Shown here: positions 1-13,245 of the stretch, in pieces | How the letters are laid out: the number at the start of each line of letters is the position of its first letter | How positions within the stretch are numbered: position 1 is the stretch's first letter | DNA from: Octopus sinensis | Lineage: Eukaryota | NCBI RefSeq assembly: GCF_006345805.1 | Contig: NC_042999.1 | Location: 137,516,001 to 137,580,000 of the forward strand | Direction: 5' to 3' | Length of the DNA stretch: 64,000 nucleotides | Position numbers and translations under genes: made by a program | The notes under the pieces: model-generated | What the model saw: only the letters and a program-made list of their open reading frames with translations | Databases searched by the model: none | Told to the model about the DNA's origin: nothing

Positions 1-372
1 CAATGTCAAAGTCATGTCCTTCTGTTGGGGTGGGGACAACACTTTGTAGACCAATATCCTACCCAGGTAAATAGTACCCTCTCATCAATTTAACATTGTA
101 GAAACTGTAGCTAAGCTTCAGTTCCATGTATTTTTGTTTGCTCGTTTTGTGTGTGTTCATGTGATTCAACAAAGGATATTCACTACCATTTGATATTGCT
201 TTCACATAACCAAAATAACTGACCTCCACATAACCAAACCATTCTGCTTCCATTTCAAAAACACTCTGACTGAAATATTCCACTTGTATTCCTTGCTGCT
301 AGAACAATAGGTGCATTGAAGCATGTCAGGATCTTGTATATTATCAGTATCATCATCCCTGCAGATAGGATG
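1..372. repeat. Near-identical direct duplicate of 3759-4130 (extends beyond the window start)
   Basis: The sequence from caatgtcaaagtcatgtcc to gcagataggatg recurs at offset 3758 with about 5 visible substitutions. The ORFs 59..283 and 3817..4041 are nearly identical. Confidence 0.97.
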
Positions 373-1709
373 CAATTGTTTATTGCAACACTGCTTTGAT
401 TGTGGCTAAGGTCTTCAGTAAGATTCAAATTCATCCAAATACCATAAGGGGAATCGCTAAGCAGGATTAAAGTACTGTGGTCTGTGTAAGCATGGAAAAT
501 TTCCACATTTAGAGAAAAACATTGAGATTAGCTACTGAGAGATGCCATCTACATGAAAATTAACAGTTAAGCAGGGGTGAAAATATTTAATGCAGAGCAT
601 CAAAAATTTAATTAGAAATACAAACCCAGGAAGAAAGGTGTACATCAATTATGAGATTGTGTGATGGCCATGGATTCTCCATAGGTGTATGCAAAATGAA
701 CTGGAAATTAAACCAGGATTATAGTTTTTAATTAAGATTTGGAAATATCTTTGGATAACTTGATATTATAATTTATATTGGCAAAATATCATGAATTTGA
801 AGGGAATGAATTTAATAAATGGAAGCAAATGGCAATAGTTATTTGGTATTTATGTTATCACTCCTGGAGGGATGAAAAGCAAAATCAACCTGTGTGAAAT
901 TTGAACTCAGACAAAAAAATGAGACAATACTAGTTATTGTCAGTTACCATACTATCCTTCCTACTGCATCACTTTAAAGAACCTAATATTTAGTTGTCTT
1001 TATGCATAATAGATAAGATAGGGGCAATATATGTAATCTAAAATGCTCACTGGAAATAAATATGTGCTAAGGATAAAAAATGACATTAGTCAGTAACTAT
1101 TATTATTTTCTTGTTTGCAAGTAAATTGTACATTATTTTCAGATCAACAAAGCTAGTTTGATTTTTTTCTTTTTTACCTTTTTTTGCTTTTTTTCTCCTT
1201 ATTTCCTGGACAATCAGTTAGATATATCTCAAATTTCAGCGGTGTTCTCTGAAGTTAGAATTTTTTTTTCATCAGTTTGCTGGTTTGCATTCAACCCATA
1301 TGTTTCTATGAGTGTACTTTTTGTGGGGAACTGTGGCTGTTGAAACAGGATGTGCTAAGCATTATAATATGGTATAACTGAACATCACTTTATTTAAATA
1401 AATACCATATGTTTAAATGACAATAAACTATCTTTATGAATAATGCAGAAAATGTGATATAAAGACAAATACTGTAGAAGCAAATCATAGAACATTCATA
1501 ACACACTGTCCTATTAGGTAGATAGGTAAAGTTTGTGTGTGTTTGTGTATATGTGTATGTATGTATATTGGTTTGCTAGAACAAACAAGGTAAAGGGAAC
1601 TCAGTACATGAATATATATGCTTTATTATTTTCAATTGGTAGAAGTTATAAAGTGACTCAAAGGCCAAGAATTTCATGATTATATATTACATACATAATA
1701 ACATACATG

Positions 1710-1920
1710 ATGATTGCTCCATCTTCATAGATGATCGCTTCCTTGTTGTCAATAGCATTTTTGACTTTCCAGCCACGACTTCTCCGATTACTATTCAGTC
1801 CTGTTGCAATTCTGCATAGTTTAGACTTTAGAGCATAGGTGACAGACAAAAGTTGCAACTTGCTGTGAGCTTCCAACTGGTGAGGTCTGCACATATTGCC
1901 TCCTTGCCACTGCCATAGAA
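1710..1920 (-). mobile_element. Degraded 3' end of an RTE-like LINE (C-terminal C2H2 zinc finger)
   Basis: Two frames give FVCHLCSKV and KLCRIATGLNSNRRSR, resembling the C-x2-C...IGLxSHxR end of RTE ORF2. Confidence 0.4.
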
Positions 1921-3399
1921 CTTTCAGAAGATGGAATAATGAATAAGATTACCATTAAGAAACATTTATATGTCACTGGATTATTGTGATAAGTGCTTGT
2001 ACAATATATGTACCACTCTGTGAGTCTTTGTGACAGGCGAAAGCAAAATGACCAATAATGAAGTGAAACTGCAGGTCCACTTCAATTTACATGGTCCTCC
2101 TCCTCCTCCTCCACATCATCATCATCATCATCATCATCCTCATCCTCATCATCATCATCTTCTTCTTCTTCTTCTTTAGATGTTCATCTTCTTGGTGCAA
2201 TCCCGTGGTCATTCATGACTGGAGGGGATCTTCACGGGAAGAATCAAGGATGGTTAGAGACACTGAATGGGGAGGAAATGAGTATAATGAATGAAGAACA
2301 TGTGTTGAGGGATCATATATGTTGGTGGAAAGATAAGGGAGAGTAGGTGATGACTGTAAAGATTAGGTAATGCTGAATGGTGGACAAGGGTTAGAGGGGA
2401 GCATTATCTATATTGTTTATCAGAATTTAAACATTAGAAAAGTTCAAGTTTTTTCATCTCACTATATTGTTTATTTGAAACCCTGTCATATTTATATTTC
2501 ATAAATAAATGCTTCCTTGAAGTATTTTACCTATTACCATAAAATAGTTTTAATGTATGATAAAACAGTAGAATTTTGAATTGATGCATGAAGATCATAA
2601 TATATTAAGCTGTATTTCCCTTGTAAATATTTTGTTACAATTGTAATTTTTTTTTAGTTGTTGATAAATGTGTATTTTTGCCTTGATGTACTTTTAGATC
2701 AATTTGTGATAGTGCTCACCACTAAGTAGATACACTAAAAAAGAATCAAACAGATGACAGTATGTAGTCTGAGGGAAATTTAACTGCTTTTTGTATTCAT
2801 TTGATCAAGGAACCTCATAGAAGCTTCTTTCTATGGAATAGTGTATGGCAAGTTAATTTTCCAGAGTTCTGCCTATAATACTTTGTGAAATAAAAATCCT
2901 GATATAGTTTTTTGGTCATTGTTGCACTATTATTCAAGCATATTAGTCAATCATGCTAGTAGATAACATCTGATTTCATGGAAATAGTTCAATTCTTCAT
3001 TCTGCCTCTTCTGAATTGGCAGAGATATTATAATACTTGAATTGGCAGAGATTCAGACAAAATGCTAGCATTATTTAGTTATGGTCTGTTCTAAATTCAA
3101 ATACTATCAATGCCAATTTTATCTTTCATCTCTTCTGGGATTGATGAAATTAAGTACCAGTAAAATACTGGAGTCAATTTAGTATTCTCATAATGCATTC
3201 TACAATGAAATTATAATAAGTGGTTGCTAGCTGCATACCTTCACTATGCAGGTCAACATGTCCTACTCATCTCTCCACCCCCACCCCCTTTCACCCTCAC
3301 AGTATCTCACAATACTTTAAACCCAATATTTCAATCCTAAAACAGCAACTACCAGGAACCCCATCCTGTGCCCTCCGCTCTCCCTCCCCCAAACTTTTT

Positions 3400-3466
3400 A
3401 TGATGATGGTGGTGGTGGTGGTGGTGGTGGTGATGATGATGATGATGATGATGATGGTGATGATGG

Positions 3467-3498
<32 letters not shown>
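3400..3498. repeat. (GGT)n/(GAT)n microsatellite
   Basis: Direct reading. Confidence 0.95.
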
Positions 3499-3499
<1 letters not shown>

Positions 3500-3500
<1 letters not shown>

Positions 3501-4330
3501 ATGTTAATCACATCAGTCTCACTAAACAGAAGAGGAACTGCAAAGGTTATGAGCCCAGCTTGTCCTCCTCCTATTTTAACTATCTTACAAAAAATATCTT
3601 TGATCGTTATTATTTCTATCACTTTAATGTTGGCCTTTACATTGATCTCAATGTGGTTTGTATTCTCTTGTGTCTGTCCTTTAACAGTTGAATTTCACTT
3701 AGCTCTACATAGCTACAGCAGTGGTTGCCGTTGAAAATAGATCAATGAGTCTGATTTGCAATGTCAAAGTCATGTCCTTCTGTTGGGGTGGGGACAACAC
3801 TTTGTAGACCAATGTCCTACCCAGGTAAATAGTACCCTCTCATCAATTTAACATTGTAGAAACTGTAGCTAAGCTTCAGTTCCATGTATTTTTGTTTGCT
3901 CTTTTTGTGTGTGTTCATGTGATTCAACAAAGGATATTCACTGCCATTTGATATTGCTTTCACATAACCAAGATAACTGACCTCCACATAACCAAACCAT
4001 TCTGCTTCCATTTCAAAAACACTCTGACTGAAATATTCCACTTGTATTTCTTGCTGCTAGAACAATAGGTGCATTGAAGCATGTCAGGATCTTGTATATT
4101 ATCAGTATCATCATCCCTGCAGATAGGATGGGTTTTTGCTGTAACATTATGTTTCATGGACAGCCGATTGTGTACAGGATGATGACATTACAGTGCAGCT
4201 GTTGATGACGGCATATATATTACATCTTTCACAGCAGTCCAACATAACTGACATCTGTTATCACTGTGCAATGATAGTGATGGGGTAAAGGGGAGTTTTA
4301 TGAGAGTTAGTGATTGAGGGTAACAGGGTG
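3500..4330 (-). pseudogene. Decayed ORF with a RING-H2-like motif, origin unknown
   Basis: One frame reads RCQLCWTAVKDVIYMPSSTAAL*CHHPVHNRLSMKHNVTAKTHPICRDDD...MLQCTYC. Stops and frameshifts follow downstream. Confidence 0.4.
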
Positions 4331-5199
4331 TAGTTGGGGTTAGAGCCAGCTTTATTTCACTGGTGCATGTGATGTTTAGGTACCTATTGCTTTCATTTAA
4401 CAAAAGCAAGAAGACAGCAGTAGAAATGCTTATGACAATAAGTGGTATCTGATAGAGATTGAAACTGGGTTGTAGTCTTCATTTACCAAGATTTACCTCC
4501 CGAGAAGCCTACACCACCACGTGTATTGAAATCTGAGTAAGATTATAAAGAAAAGTGATGTAGGACTGACAGAATATACATACACATATGCATGCATGTG
4601 TGCGCACAAACACACACAAATACACACATGTATGTATGTATGTATGTATGTATGTATGTATGTATGTATGTACATATGTATATGTATGTATATAAAAGTG
4701 CATGTGTGTGTGTGTACATGCGTGCGCATGCATGTGTGTGTATGTAGTTATATATACATCATCATCATTAATGTCTGCTTTTCCATGCTTGCATGGGTTC
4801 TATGTACATACACTAACATACATATGTATACAAACGTACATACATATGTACATATATATATACACACATAGATAAAATTAATACTGCTTATTCAGAAAAT
4901 TAGTAAAGGTCACAGGTAGTTTTCAATATAAAAACTCCATTATATCATTAGATGTATATTAGGCATGTAGATGAACCTGGAACCATTAGAAGACAAAAGA
5001 GATTTCAATGTAAACATTTTTTTTTCTTTTTTTGTCCAATGTTCGTTTTGTGTTAGCACCAAATGTCACTTTTATCAAATGAGTGTTTCAAGGAACAGCT
5101 TTGATTTACTGACAAATGGTTAATTTAGCAAAAAATACCAAGTTATTCAAAAATATTCACCAACTTGGGATGCCAAAGGGAGCATTTTTATTTATATCT

Positions 5200-5308
5200 T
5201 TATTTATGTACATATGTGATGTGTGTGTATATAATATATATATATGTATGTATGTATATATATGTATATATATATATGTATATATGTATATATATGTGTG
5301 TGTATATA

Positions 5309-5381
<73 letters not shown>

Positions 5382-5474
5382 TGCATGTGTGGGTATGTAT
5401 GTATGTATATGTGTCAGTATTTATGTATGTGTACATAAATATGTACATTTGGATGTTTCGCTCTCTCTCACTCA

Positions 5475-5510
<36 letters not shown>
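5200..5510. repeat. Compound (TA)n/(TG)n/(TC)n microsatellite
   Basis: Direct reading; it explains the ORFs at 5116-5604. Confidence 0.95.
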
Positions 5511-5512
<2 letters not shown>

Positions 5513-5913
5513 GTCAGCATGTGTGTGTATTTAGTAATTTTATCCAACACATTATAGCACATTTAGTTGTTGGTCTACCAAAATATATGAATAAACTGTA
5601 TTAAATGATGGGATTGACTGGTGATTTGGAAACAGTGAACTGGAATAAATGGTGATATAACATTTAAACCTTAGTTTACACAGATGGACTTAATTGAACT
5701 TATGTGTGAAGTGGACATATTAACATCTTTAGAATAGAAATAGATGTTTGTCTTTTTAGTATGTATCTCTCACCCTCTTTCTCATCAGACACACACACAC
5801 ACATATATACCATCCTCCAAGTACTACATTGCAGCAACCAGTAAACAAAGTACATTGAGTATGTGCAGTTGATAATATTTACAATACTAGCACTGCTATT
5901 CATTCATTTTATA

Positions 5914-6235
5914 TCATCATTATCATCATCATTTAATATCTGTTGTCCATGCTGGCATGGGTTGGACGGTTTGACTGGGCTGGCACGTTGGGAGGCTGCG
6001 CCAAGATCCAGTCTGATTTGGCATGGTTTTCTATAGCTGGATGCCCTTCCTAATGCCAACCAATCTGAGAGTGCAATGGATGCTTTTACGTGCTACTGGC
6101 ATGGGTGCCATTTGCGTGACACTGGTATCTGCCATGACTGTGATTTTGCTCAGCTTCATGGGTCTTCTTCTCAAGCACAACATAATGCCAAAGGTCTTCG
6201 TCACTGCCTCCATGAAGCCCAACACTCGAAAGTAC
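5914..6235 (-). mobile_element. 5'-truncated RTE LINE 3' tail ((GAT)n-ended family)
   Basis: Reverse complement of the family at 12270-12720 (ggatgcccttcctaatgccaacc), with (CAT)n at the left end. Confidence 0.85.
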
Positions 6236-7082
6236 TCCTAAATAATATTTGTCTTAAATATATATATATATATATACCTAGTGTGTCACAATTTTTATAA
6301 GTACACCATATCTCTTCATGTTGCAAGTGGTGACTGAAAGAGTTGGCATTCAATTACCCATGCCAGCTTAAAATAACAATGAGGATGATATATCCTCATA
6401 TGAACCATTGAGGGTACTTCTACAGTTATCTGACCTGCTACAAATAGAAATCTAATTCTCTCAAAATTTCAGTCTTCAAATGAAAGACTATATTGGGTAA
6501 TGTGGTACTTGATATATTGGCTGAATAATAAATGGGACAGTCATAGCTGATATATTTTTGATCATAGATCTGCTCTTTCAGCATTGACCAGGATCTAACC
6601 TTCAAGTAGCTGTACTTCTAATGCAATGTGGTGTTGGTGGTATGAAAAAAGCACCCAGCACATGTTGTAAAGTGGCTACATTAGAAAGGATACCCAGCCA
6701 TAAAAAAGAGCACACCAAGACAGACATAGGAGCTCAATGCAATCCTTGGGCCCATATAGGATCCTGTCAAATTAGGATGATGATGATGAATATACTATAC
6801 ATTTGTTTCTAATTTTAAAATATTCAAGAATCTGTGGAGATGTGATTTGGTAGAATAATTATTTTGTTGCTATTAAGCCAGTGGTCAGTATTTGGATCAT
6901 GACTTAATGAAAGGTTCTTTAATTAATATGATGTTACATGAAATTTTAAAACAGGTTGTTTTGGGTCAGAAACAGAAATTGAATGAAGTGAGTTAGTAAC
7001 AAAAGAGCTAGACACTCAACAACAGCAACAATAACTTCTCTCTACATTAGAACACAATACAAGACATTATTTAAATTATTCC

Positions 7083-7315
7083 TGGCCGTTGCCAGTACTG
7101 CCTAACTGGCCCTCGTGCTGGTGGCACATAAAAGCACCCACTACACTCTCGGAATGGTTGGCGCTAGGAAGGGCATCCAGCAGTAGAAACTCTGCCAAAT
7201 CAAGATTGGAGCCTGGTGCAGCCATCTGGTTCGCCAGTCCTCAGTCAAATCGTCCAACCCATGCTAGCATGGAAAGTGGATGTTAAACGATGAGGATGAT
7301 GATGATGATGAAGAT
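7083..7315 (+). mobile_element. RTE LINE 3' tail copy
   Basis: aaaagcacccactacactctcggaatggttggcgctaggaagggcatccag...gttaaacgatgag followed by (GAT)n. Confidence 0.85.
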
Positions 7316-8756
7316 GAGGCACCTGCTCTACCAGTGAGGTGTGACAATATTTTGGTGAGGAGAGATTACTTCAAGAGTGGGGATTGAGTAAGTAATACGT
7401 GAATAAAACTTGCAATAATTTTAAAATTAAAACTTTGAAATAAATGTGTGTGAGTGCATTTTTGTGTCAGTGCACCACCAACATTTGACAACCAGTGTTG
7501 GTATGTTTACATTCCCATAACTCAGTGGTTCAGCAAAAGAGACCAATAGAATAAGTATTAGGCTTTAAAAAAGTAATATCGTACTAGAGTCGATTCATTC
7601 AACTAGAAATTCTTCAAGGCCATACCCCAGCATGGCCACAGTCTAATGACTACAACAAATAAAAGATAAAAGAACATATGCTATATCCTAATTTAGCCAT
7701 TCATGGTGGGACAGACATGGAACAAAATAATGATTTAAAGAGCAACAAAAGCCAGTTGGGTATATACACTCAAATATACATATAGTGAGCCAACAAGAAA
7801 GCATCTTCATGATTGCTTGACGGTAAAATTTTCCTCAAAGCTCTATCTTCTTCAAAAAGACAGGATGAATTAAATAATGTAGTCCTAGAAATGTTATCCT
7901 GAGTGAGGTCTGCCCTGGAGTTTAAACAACAATTCAATATTCTTTTATTCTGTTCTTTTACCTGTTTCAGTTATTGGACTGTGGTCATGCTGGGGCATCA
8001 GCTCCAAACAAAGTGACTCCAGTACTTATTCTTTTTAAATCTCAAACTCATTCCTTTGTTCTCTTTTATTGACCCATTAAGTTACAGTGGTTGTCCAGCA
8101 GTGTGGGACAAATCTCATAGATATGCACACACATACACACAAATATACAAACTCTCTCTCTCTCTCTCTCACCCACCCACACACGTATGCACACATGCAC
8201 ACACTGACTCACATGACACGTTTCATAGTTTCTAACTGAAAATTCACTCACAGGGCATTGGTCAGCTCATGGTTATAATAAGTTAAGTGCTGCCCAGCAG
8301 GACTAGGTCCAAAATCATGTGGTCATGAAGCAAACTTCTTAACCACACAGTCATGTCTGCATCTCCAAGAATGAATAAAGTTGTCCAACACTCGCACCCA
8401 ATTCTTAACTGTCCCCTTAACTCAGTGAAGATTATTGTTGGTCAAATTTTATGTTACTCAATCCATCAATATTAACAAAAAAAAAATGAATGATGTGATT
8501 CTCACACCTCACTTCAAGTTATTTTGCTTAGGGAACTAGCAATATTTTTTTTTTCTTACATGCCAAGTTATATCTTGAGAGCATAATACACTAAAAGAAT
8601 GGATGTGTATTTAAGAAGTTCACTTCGCAACCATGTGGTTCTAGGTTTTGTCCTACTGTGCAGCTGCTTTAGGCAGATGTCATCCACCATAGCATTTGGT
8701 TGGCCAATACCTTGTGAGTAGAATGAAGCTGAGGAAAGTAACACCCATCCTTCTTT

Positions 8757-8757
<1 letters not shown>

Positions 8758-8835
<78 letters not shown>

Positions 8836-8839
8836 CCTA

Positions 8840-8936
<97 letters not shown>

Positions 8937-8948
8937 TTATCTATCTAT
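8758..8948. repeat. (CTAT)n microsatellite
   Basis: Direct reading. Confidence 0.97.
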
Positions 8949-9117
8949 TTGTGTGTGTAGATGTATGTATTTTCTCACCTAACAATAAAAACAAGAACAA
9001 TTTCATCCAACAAGAATACATTGAGGTTTCCTGGTTCTATGAATACATTTTGTTCAAACTATAAAACACTAATAAGACAATATAAAGGACTAATAAGATG
9101 GTAATATGAATAGGATT

Positions 9118-9345
9118 TAAGGCAGTGAGCTGGCAGAATTGTTACTGTGCCAGATAAAATACTTAGCGGCATTTCTTCAGACTTTATGTTCTGAGTTCAA
9201 AAGCCATCGGAGTAGATTTTACCTTTCATCCTTTCAGTGTTGATAAAGTAAGTACCAGTTGTGTACTGGGGTTGATGTCATCAACTAGCCCACACCCCTC
9301 CTTGAAATTGCCAGCCTTGTGCCAAAATGTTAAAACCAATATGAA
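9118..9345 (+). mobile_element. tRNA-derived SINE with a Nin/Deu-like central domain
   Basis: ggcagtgagctggcaga head, B-box-like gagttcaaa, and central cctttcatcctttcagtgttgataaagtaagtacc. Same family as 29830-30060 and 51052-51274. Confidence 0.75.
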
Positions 9346-9829
9346 AAGGATTTAATGAGATGAAACACTGGATAAAAATTTTTAGGTTGCTGTTTCCAAT
9401 GTTCAAAACAAAGCTGCTCTCCTTACACACAAACATGTATGCATATATGTATGTATGCATGCGTGTGTGTGTTTGTATGTGTGTGTGTGTGCGCACATAT
9501 GTGTGTAATTCTTTGTGTCTTTAGATGCAGACACACTTCCCCACTCTATCATAATGTTAAAGATACAGTGATACTCTGAAAATATATATAATTATTGCTG
9601 CATGTATGTATGTAAGGTAGGAGGTATCAAATGTGCATTATATTTATGCTTCACTGCATAATTAGATTATCTGGGTTTTTGATTAGATGCATGAAAATAC
9701 ATGTGTAGATTTGTTTAAGTCGTATGTGTGTGTGCATATGCATGAGTGTGCATATGCTTGCATGTGTTTCATCCCACCCCATCATTAATATTCGTTTCTT
9801 GCATAAGTTTGAAATATGAGAATTTTCAA

Positions 9830-10260
9830 AGGAAAGTAATGTGAAATTAGCTGCATAAATGACAAGAAATGGATTCAAGTGGAAGATTGAAACTGGATAG
9901 CAAGCTTGGTTTGCAGAGAGCAAAAGGTCTTTTTCGGTGTTGTTCATCACCACACACAGCATAATATCATTTGAAATTATAAAATAACTGTAAGTTATTC
10001 TTGACTGTTTTGAGTTACTGCTTTGGGTGTTTACCCTACCAAAAACGGCCAACTAAGTGCTGAACATTGACTATATTGTCAAAGCATGTCTCAACCATGA
10101 CACGTGTTTAAATAATGTGAACTCCTTACTTAATTTATTTGTTTTATGGTGGTTTAATAGTCCAATTCCAGAGAAATGTTTTTCTTTTGCATTAAGGACA
10201 CAGTCTATGACACGTAAATTTATTGATATTGCTACCAGCTGCCGTTTACATATATATACT
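9830..10260 (-). mobile_element. Possible very old Penelope-like RT relic
   Basis: Weak likeness of EFTLFKHVSWLRHALTI*SMFST*LAVF to the F.F....Y.Q..G..MGSP.S..LA motif, and of SYFIISNDIML to the RYVDD region. Confidence 0.25.
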
Positions 10261-10649
10261 TTTGGTGGTGTGAACACCATACAGTGATGGTAATAACTAA
10301 GAAAACCAAGGTTGTAGGTTCACTTCTCAACTGACCCATTCATTTATCTTATTTGTATTGTATTAAGTATGTTTCATTCTTTGTTCTCATCTTATTCATG
10401 TTTCATTTTTGGCTTGTTTTCTACAGCTGGATACCTTTCCTAACACTAATCACTTTACAGGGTAACTGTATCTTTCAAAAAGTTTTCAAAGAATGATCCA
10501 GTACAAAATCCATGGATGATTCATTATTTGTAGTGTTTGATCTGGTTGTTGTATAGGTGCTTCATCAAGAGTTAGGGTAGGCAAATCAAAGCAATTCCTA
10601 TTAATATTGCTACTTTGGATTGGAGCATGATCATTGTACATAATCTCAG

Positions 10650-11250
10650 CCTTATCTGGGGTATCTCCTGGCAAGGATAAGTCACACATTTCTATCTTAT
10701 ATTTTTGGTCACTTGGTAAACAAATATAAACATATTGAAGATTTGATTCCAGTAGTTCAAAAGAGTTTTTCTTATCACAGATGTATCTGAAACTTTCAGA
10801 GAGAGGTAAGCCAAATTAGCACACTCGTTCCTTTACTAGTTTGCAAAGAAGATAAAGACATGTTCACAAGATGTTGAGTTTGTAGATGTACATAATAAAG
10901 ATTTCTCTGAAGGTAAAGCATCAGGTAAAGCGTATTCTCATGAAAAGACGGGTAGATTTTTGAGTTAAAGTCATGGTTCTCCAGATGATGTTAACAGAAT
11001 GATCATGCTTCTTATAGCCATCAGGATGGCATGGAGCCTCATAACAAGTTGGGGTGGGGAATATTTCTATCAAAGAAGTCTTTACTTCAGATGACATGAA
11101 GGATGTTCTTTGATCTGTGTGGACATATCTAGGTAAACCAAAAATAACAGTCAAGCAAGAAATGGCACTTAGTGAAGAAATATCATAAAAGAAAGCAAAT
11201 GGAAAGCAGAATATTCATTAACTACAATCAATAAATATTTGTTCCTTGAT
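10650..11250 (-). mobile_element. Ty3/Gypsy-like integrase relic
   Basis: RNKYLLIVVNEYS...IFGLPRYVHTDQRTSFMSSEVK...NIIWRTMTL resembles the rve core (IFG.P.YIHSDRG.SFMS). FELLESNLQY...CLPSDQ resembles the C-terminal ELLEANPQY motif. Weak pol-like similarity may extend to about 11640. Confidence 0.75.
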
Positions 11251-11654
11251 GATGAAGGCATGGCCACTATCCAATGATTGAAACAAATAAAAGATAAAGA
11301 TATGTGTTGATACATACACATACATGTTTGTATGTGTGTATTTGATATTTATGTATATATATCTATATGTACATATCTCTCTCCGCAAATATGTGTGTGT
11401 GTGAAAAACATATATATATCTATAGTAATGATAACAATAATCCTCGGATGGAATTTATAAACATTTAATGCAGAGCTATGCTCATTTCCACAAAGATCAC
11501 AGTCCATATTCCTGGGAAGATTACATTTGCAACCTTGCAAAACTGGTTCACCAGTCAGCATCATTAGACTGTGGCTGGTATAGTGGAATAGGAGCTTTAT
11601 TTGCATACTCAAAACATTTCCCGTAAACAAATTTAAAAGATATATATATATATC

Positions 11655-12720
11655 AGAGGAAGGTTGACAAGGAAAATAGTTCTTGTGTGTGGAAGGTGTA
11701 CTAAAAATGTATAGAAAATAGACTCTATTAAATGCCAGGGGAAAAAACTAGAAGTAGTTGATAGCTTCTGTTACCTAGGAGACCAAGTTAATAGGTGGAG
11801 TGGATACTCCGAGAGCGTAGCTGCTAGAAAAAGAATAGGCAGGGCAAAGTTCGGAGAGTTCCTACCTCTGTTGGTAACAAAGGGCCTCTCTCTCAGAATG
11901 AAAGGTAGATTGTATGATGCCTGCATATAAACAGCCATGCTACACAGCTGTGAAACATGGTCTGTGACTGCCAAGGAGGTGTAAGCTTAAAAGAAATGAA
12001 ACTAGTGGGCTTCACTGGATATGTAATGTCAGTGTGCATGCATGACAGAGCGTAAGCATCTTGAGGGAAAAGTTGGACAAAAGAAGCATCAGATGTAGTG
12101 TGCAAAAGAGACAACTGTACTGGTATGGTCATGTGATGCGTATGGATGAGGACAGCTGTGTGAAGAAGTGTCAAACTCTAAAAGTGGAGGGAACCTGTGG
12201 AAGAGGTAGACCCAGGAAGACATGAGATGAGGTGGTGAAACATGATCTTTGAATCTTGGGTTTCACAGAGGCAATGAAAAGTGACCAAGACCTTTGGCTA
12301 TATGCTGTGCTTGAGAAGACTCATCAAGCCAAGTGAAATCATAGTCATGGCCAATGCCAGTGTCACATAACTGGCATCCATGCCAATGGCATGTAAGAAG
12401 TACTGTTTGAATGTTGGGCCTCACAGGGGCAGTGACAAGTGACTGAGACACTTGATGATACACCATGTTTGAGATGACCGGTCAAGCCAAGCAAGACCGT
12501 AGTCATGGCGTAACTGGCACCTGTGCTGGTGGAGCATAAAAAGCACCCACTACACTCTTGAAGTGGTTGGCGCTAGAAAGGGCATCTACCCATAGAAACC
12601 ATGCCAAATCAGATTGGAACCTGGTGCAGCTCAACTTCCTAGTTTTCAGTCAAACCATCCAACCCATACCAGCATGGACAACAGACGTTAAATGATGATG
12701 TTGACGATGATGATGATGAT
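11655..12720 (+). mobile_element. 5'-truncated RTE-clade LINE (RT C-terminus, 3' UTR and (GAT)n tail)
   Basis: LEVVDSFCYLGDQV...LPLLVTKGLSLRMKGRLYDAC...CETW...WYGHVMRMDEDSCVKKC...GRGRPRKT, with stops and frameshifts. Confidence 0.92.
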
Positions 12721-13160
12721 ATATATATTTGGGTTTAGTTTCACTGCTAGCAACTTGCACAGATGTCTTCTATATTAGTCTTGCAGACTAAAGCCTTTGG
12801 AGTGGATTTGGTGGATGAGAACTGAAAGAAATCCGGTGTGTGTATGTGTGTGTGTGCATGCATGCATGCTTGTGTGTATGCATCTTTTATCTTTTACTTG
12901 TTTTAGTCATTAGACTGCAACTATTCTGGGACACCATGTTGACAAACTTTAGTCAAGCAAGTCAACTCCTTACTTATTCTTTTTTAAGCCTGACACTTTT
13001 CTATTGGTTTATTTTGCTGAACCACAAAGTTACAAGGACATAAGCAAACCAACACCAGTTGTCAAGCAGTGGTGGAGGACAAACCCAAAAACATACACAC
13101 ACACACATACATACATACAAACATACATACATACATACATACATACATACATACATACAT

Positions 13161-13240
<80 letters not shown>

Positions 13241-13245
<5 letters not shown>

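Noticed and set aside
1140-1350. Minus-strand Lys-rich reading (QPQFPTK...KKQKKVKKKKIK) with several stops
   Set aside because: No recognisable homology; explained by T-rich low complexity.
4493-5604. Long ORFs rich in YI/HT/CV/YVCM repeats (also at 8696, 13001-13370, 14065-14808, 33373, 42012, 48335, 53248 and 53936)
   Set aside because: They are translations of (TA)n, (CA)n, (CATA)n, (CTAT)n and (TC)n microsatellites, not genes.
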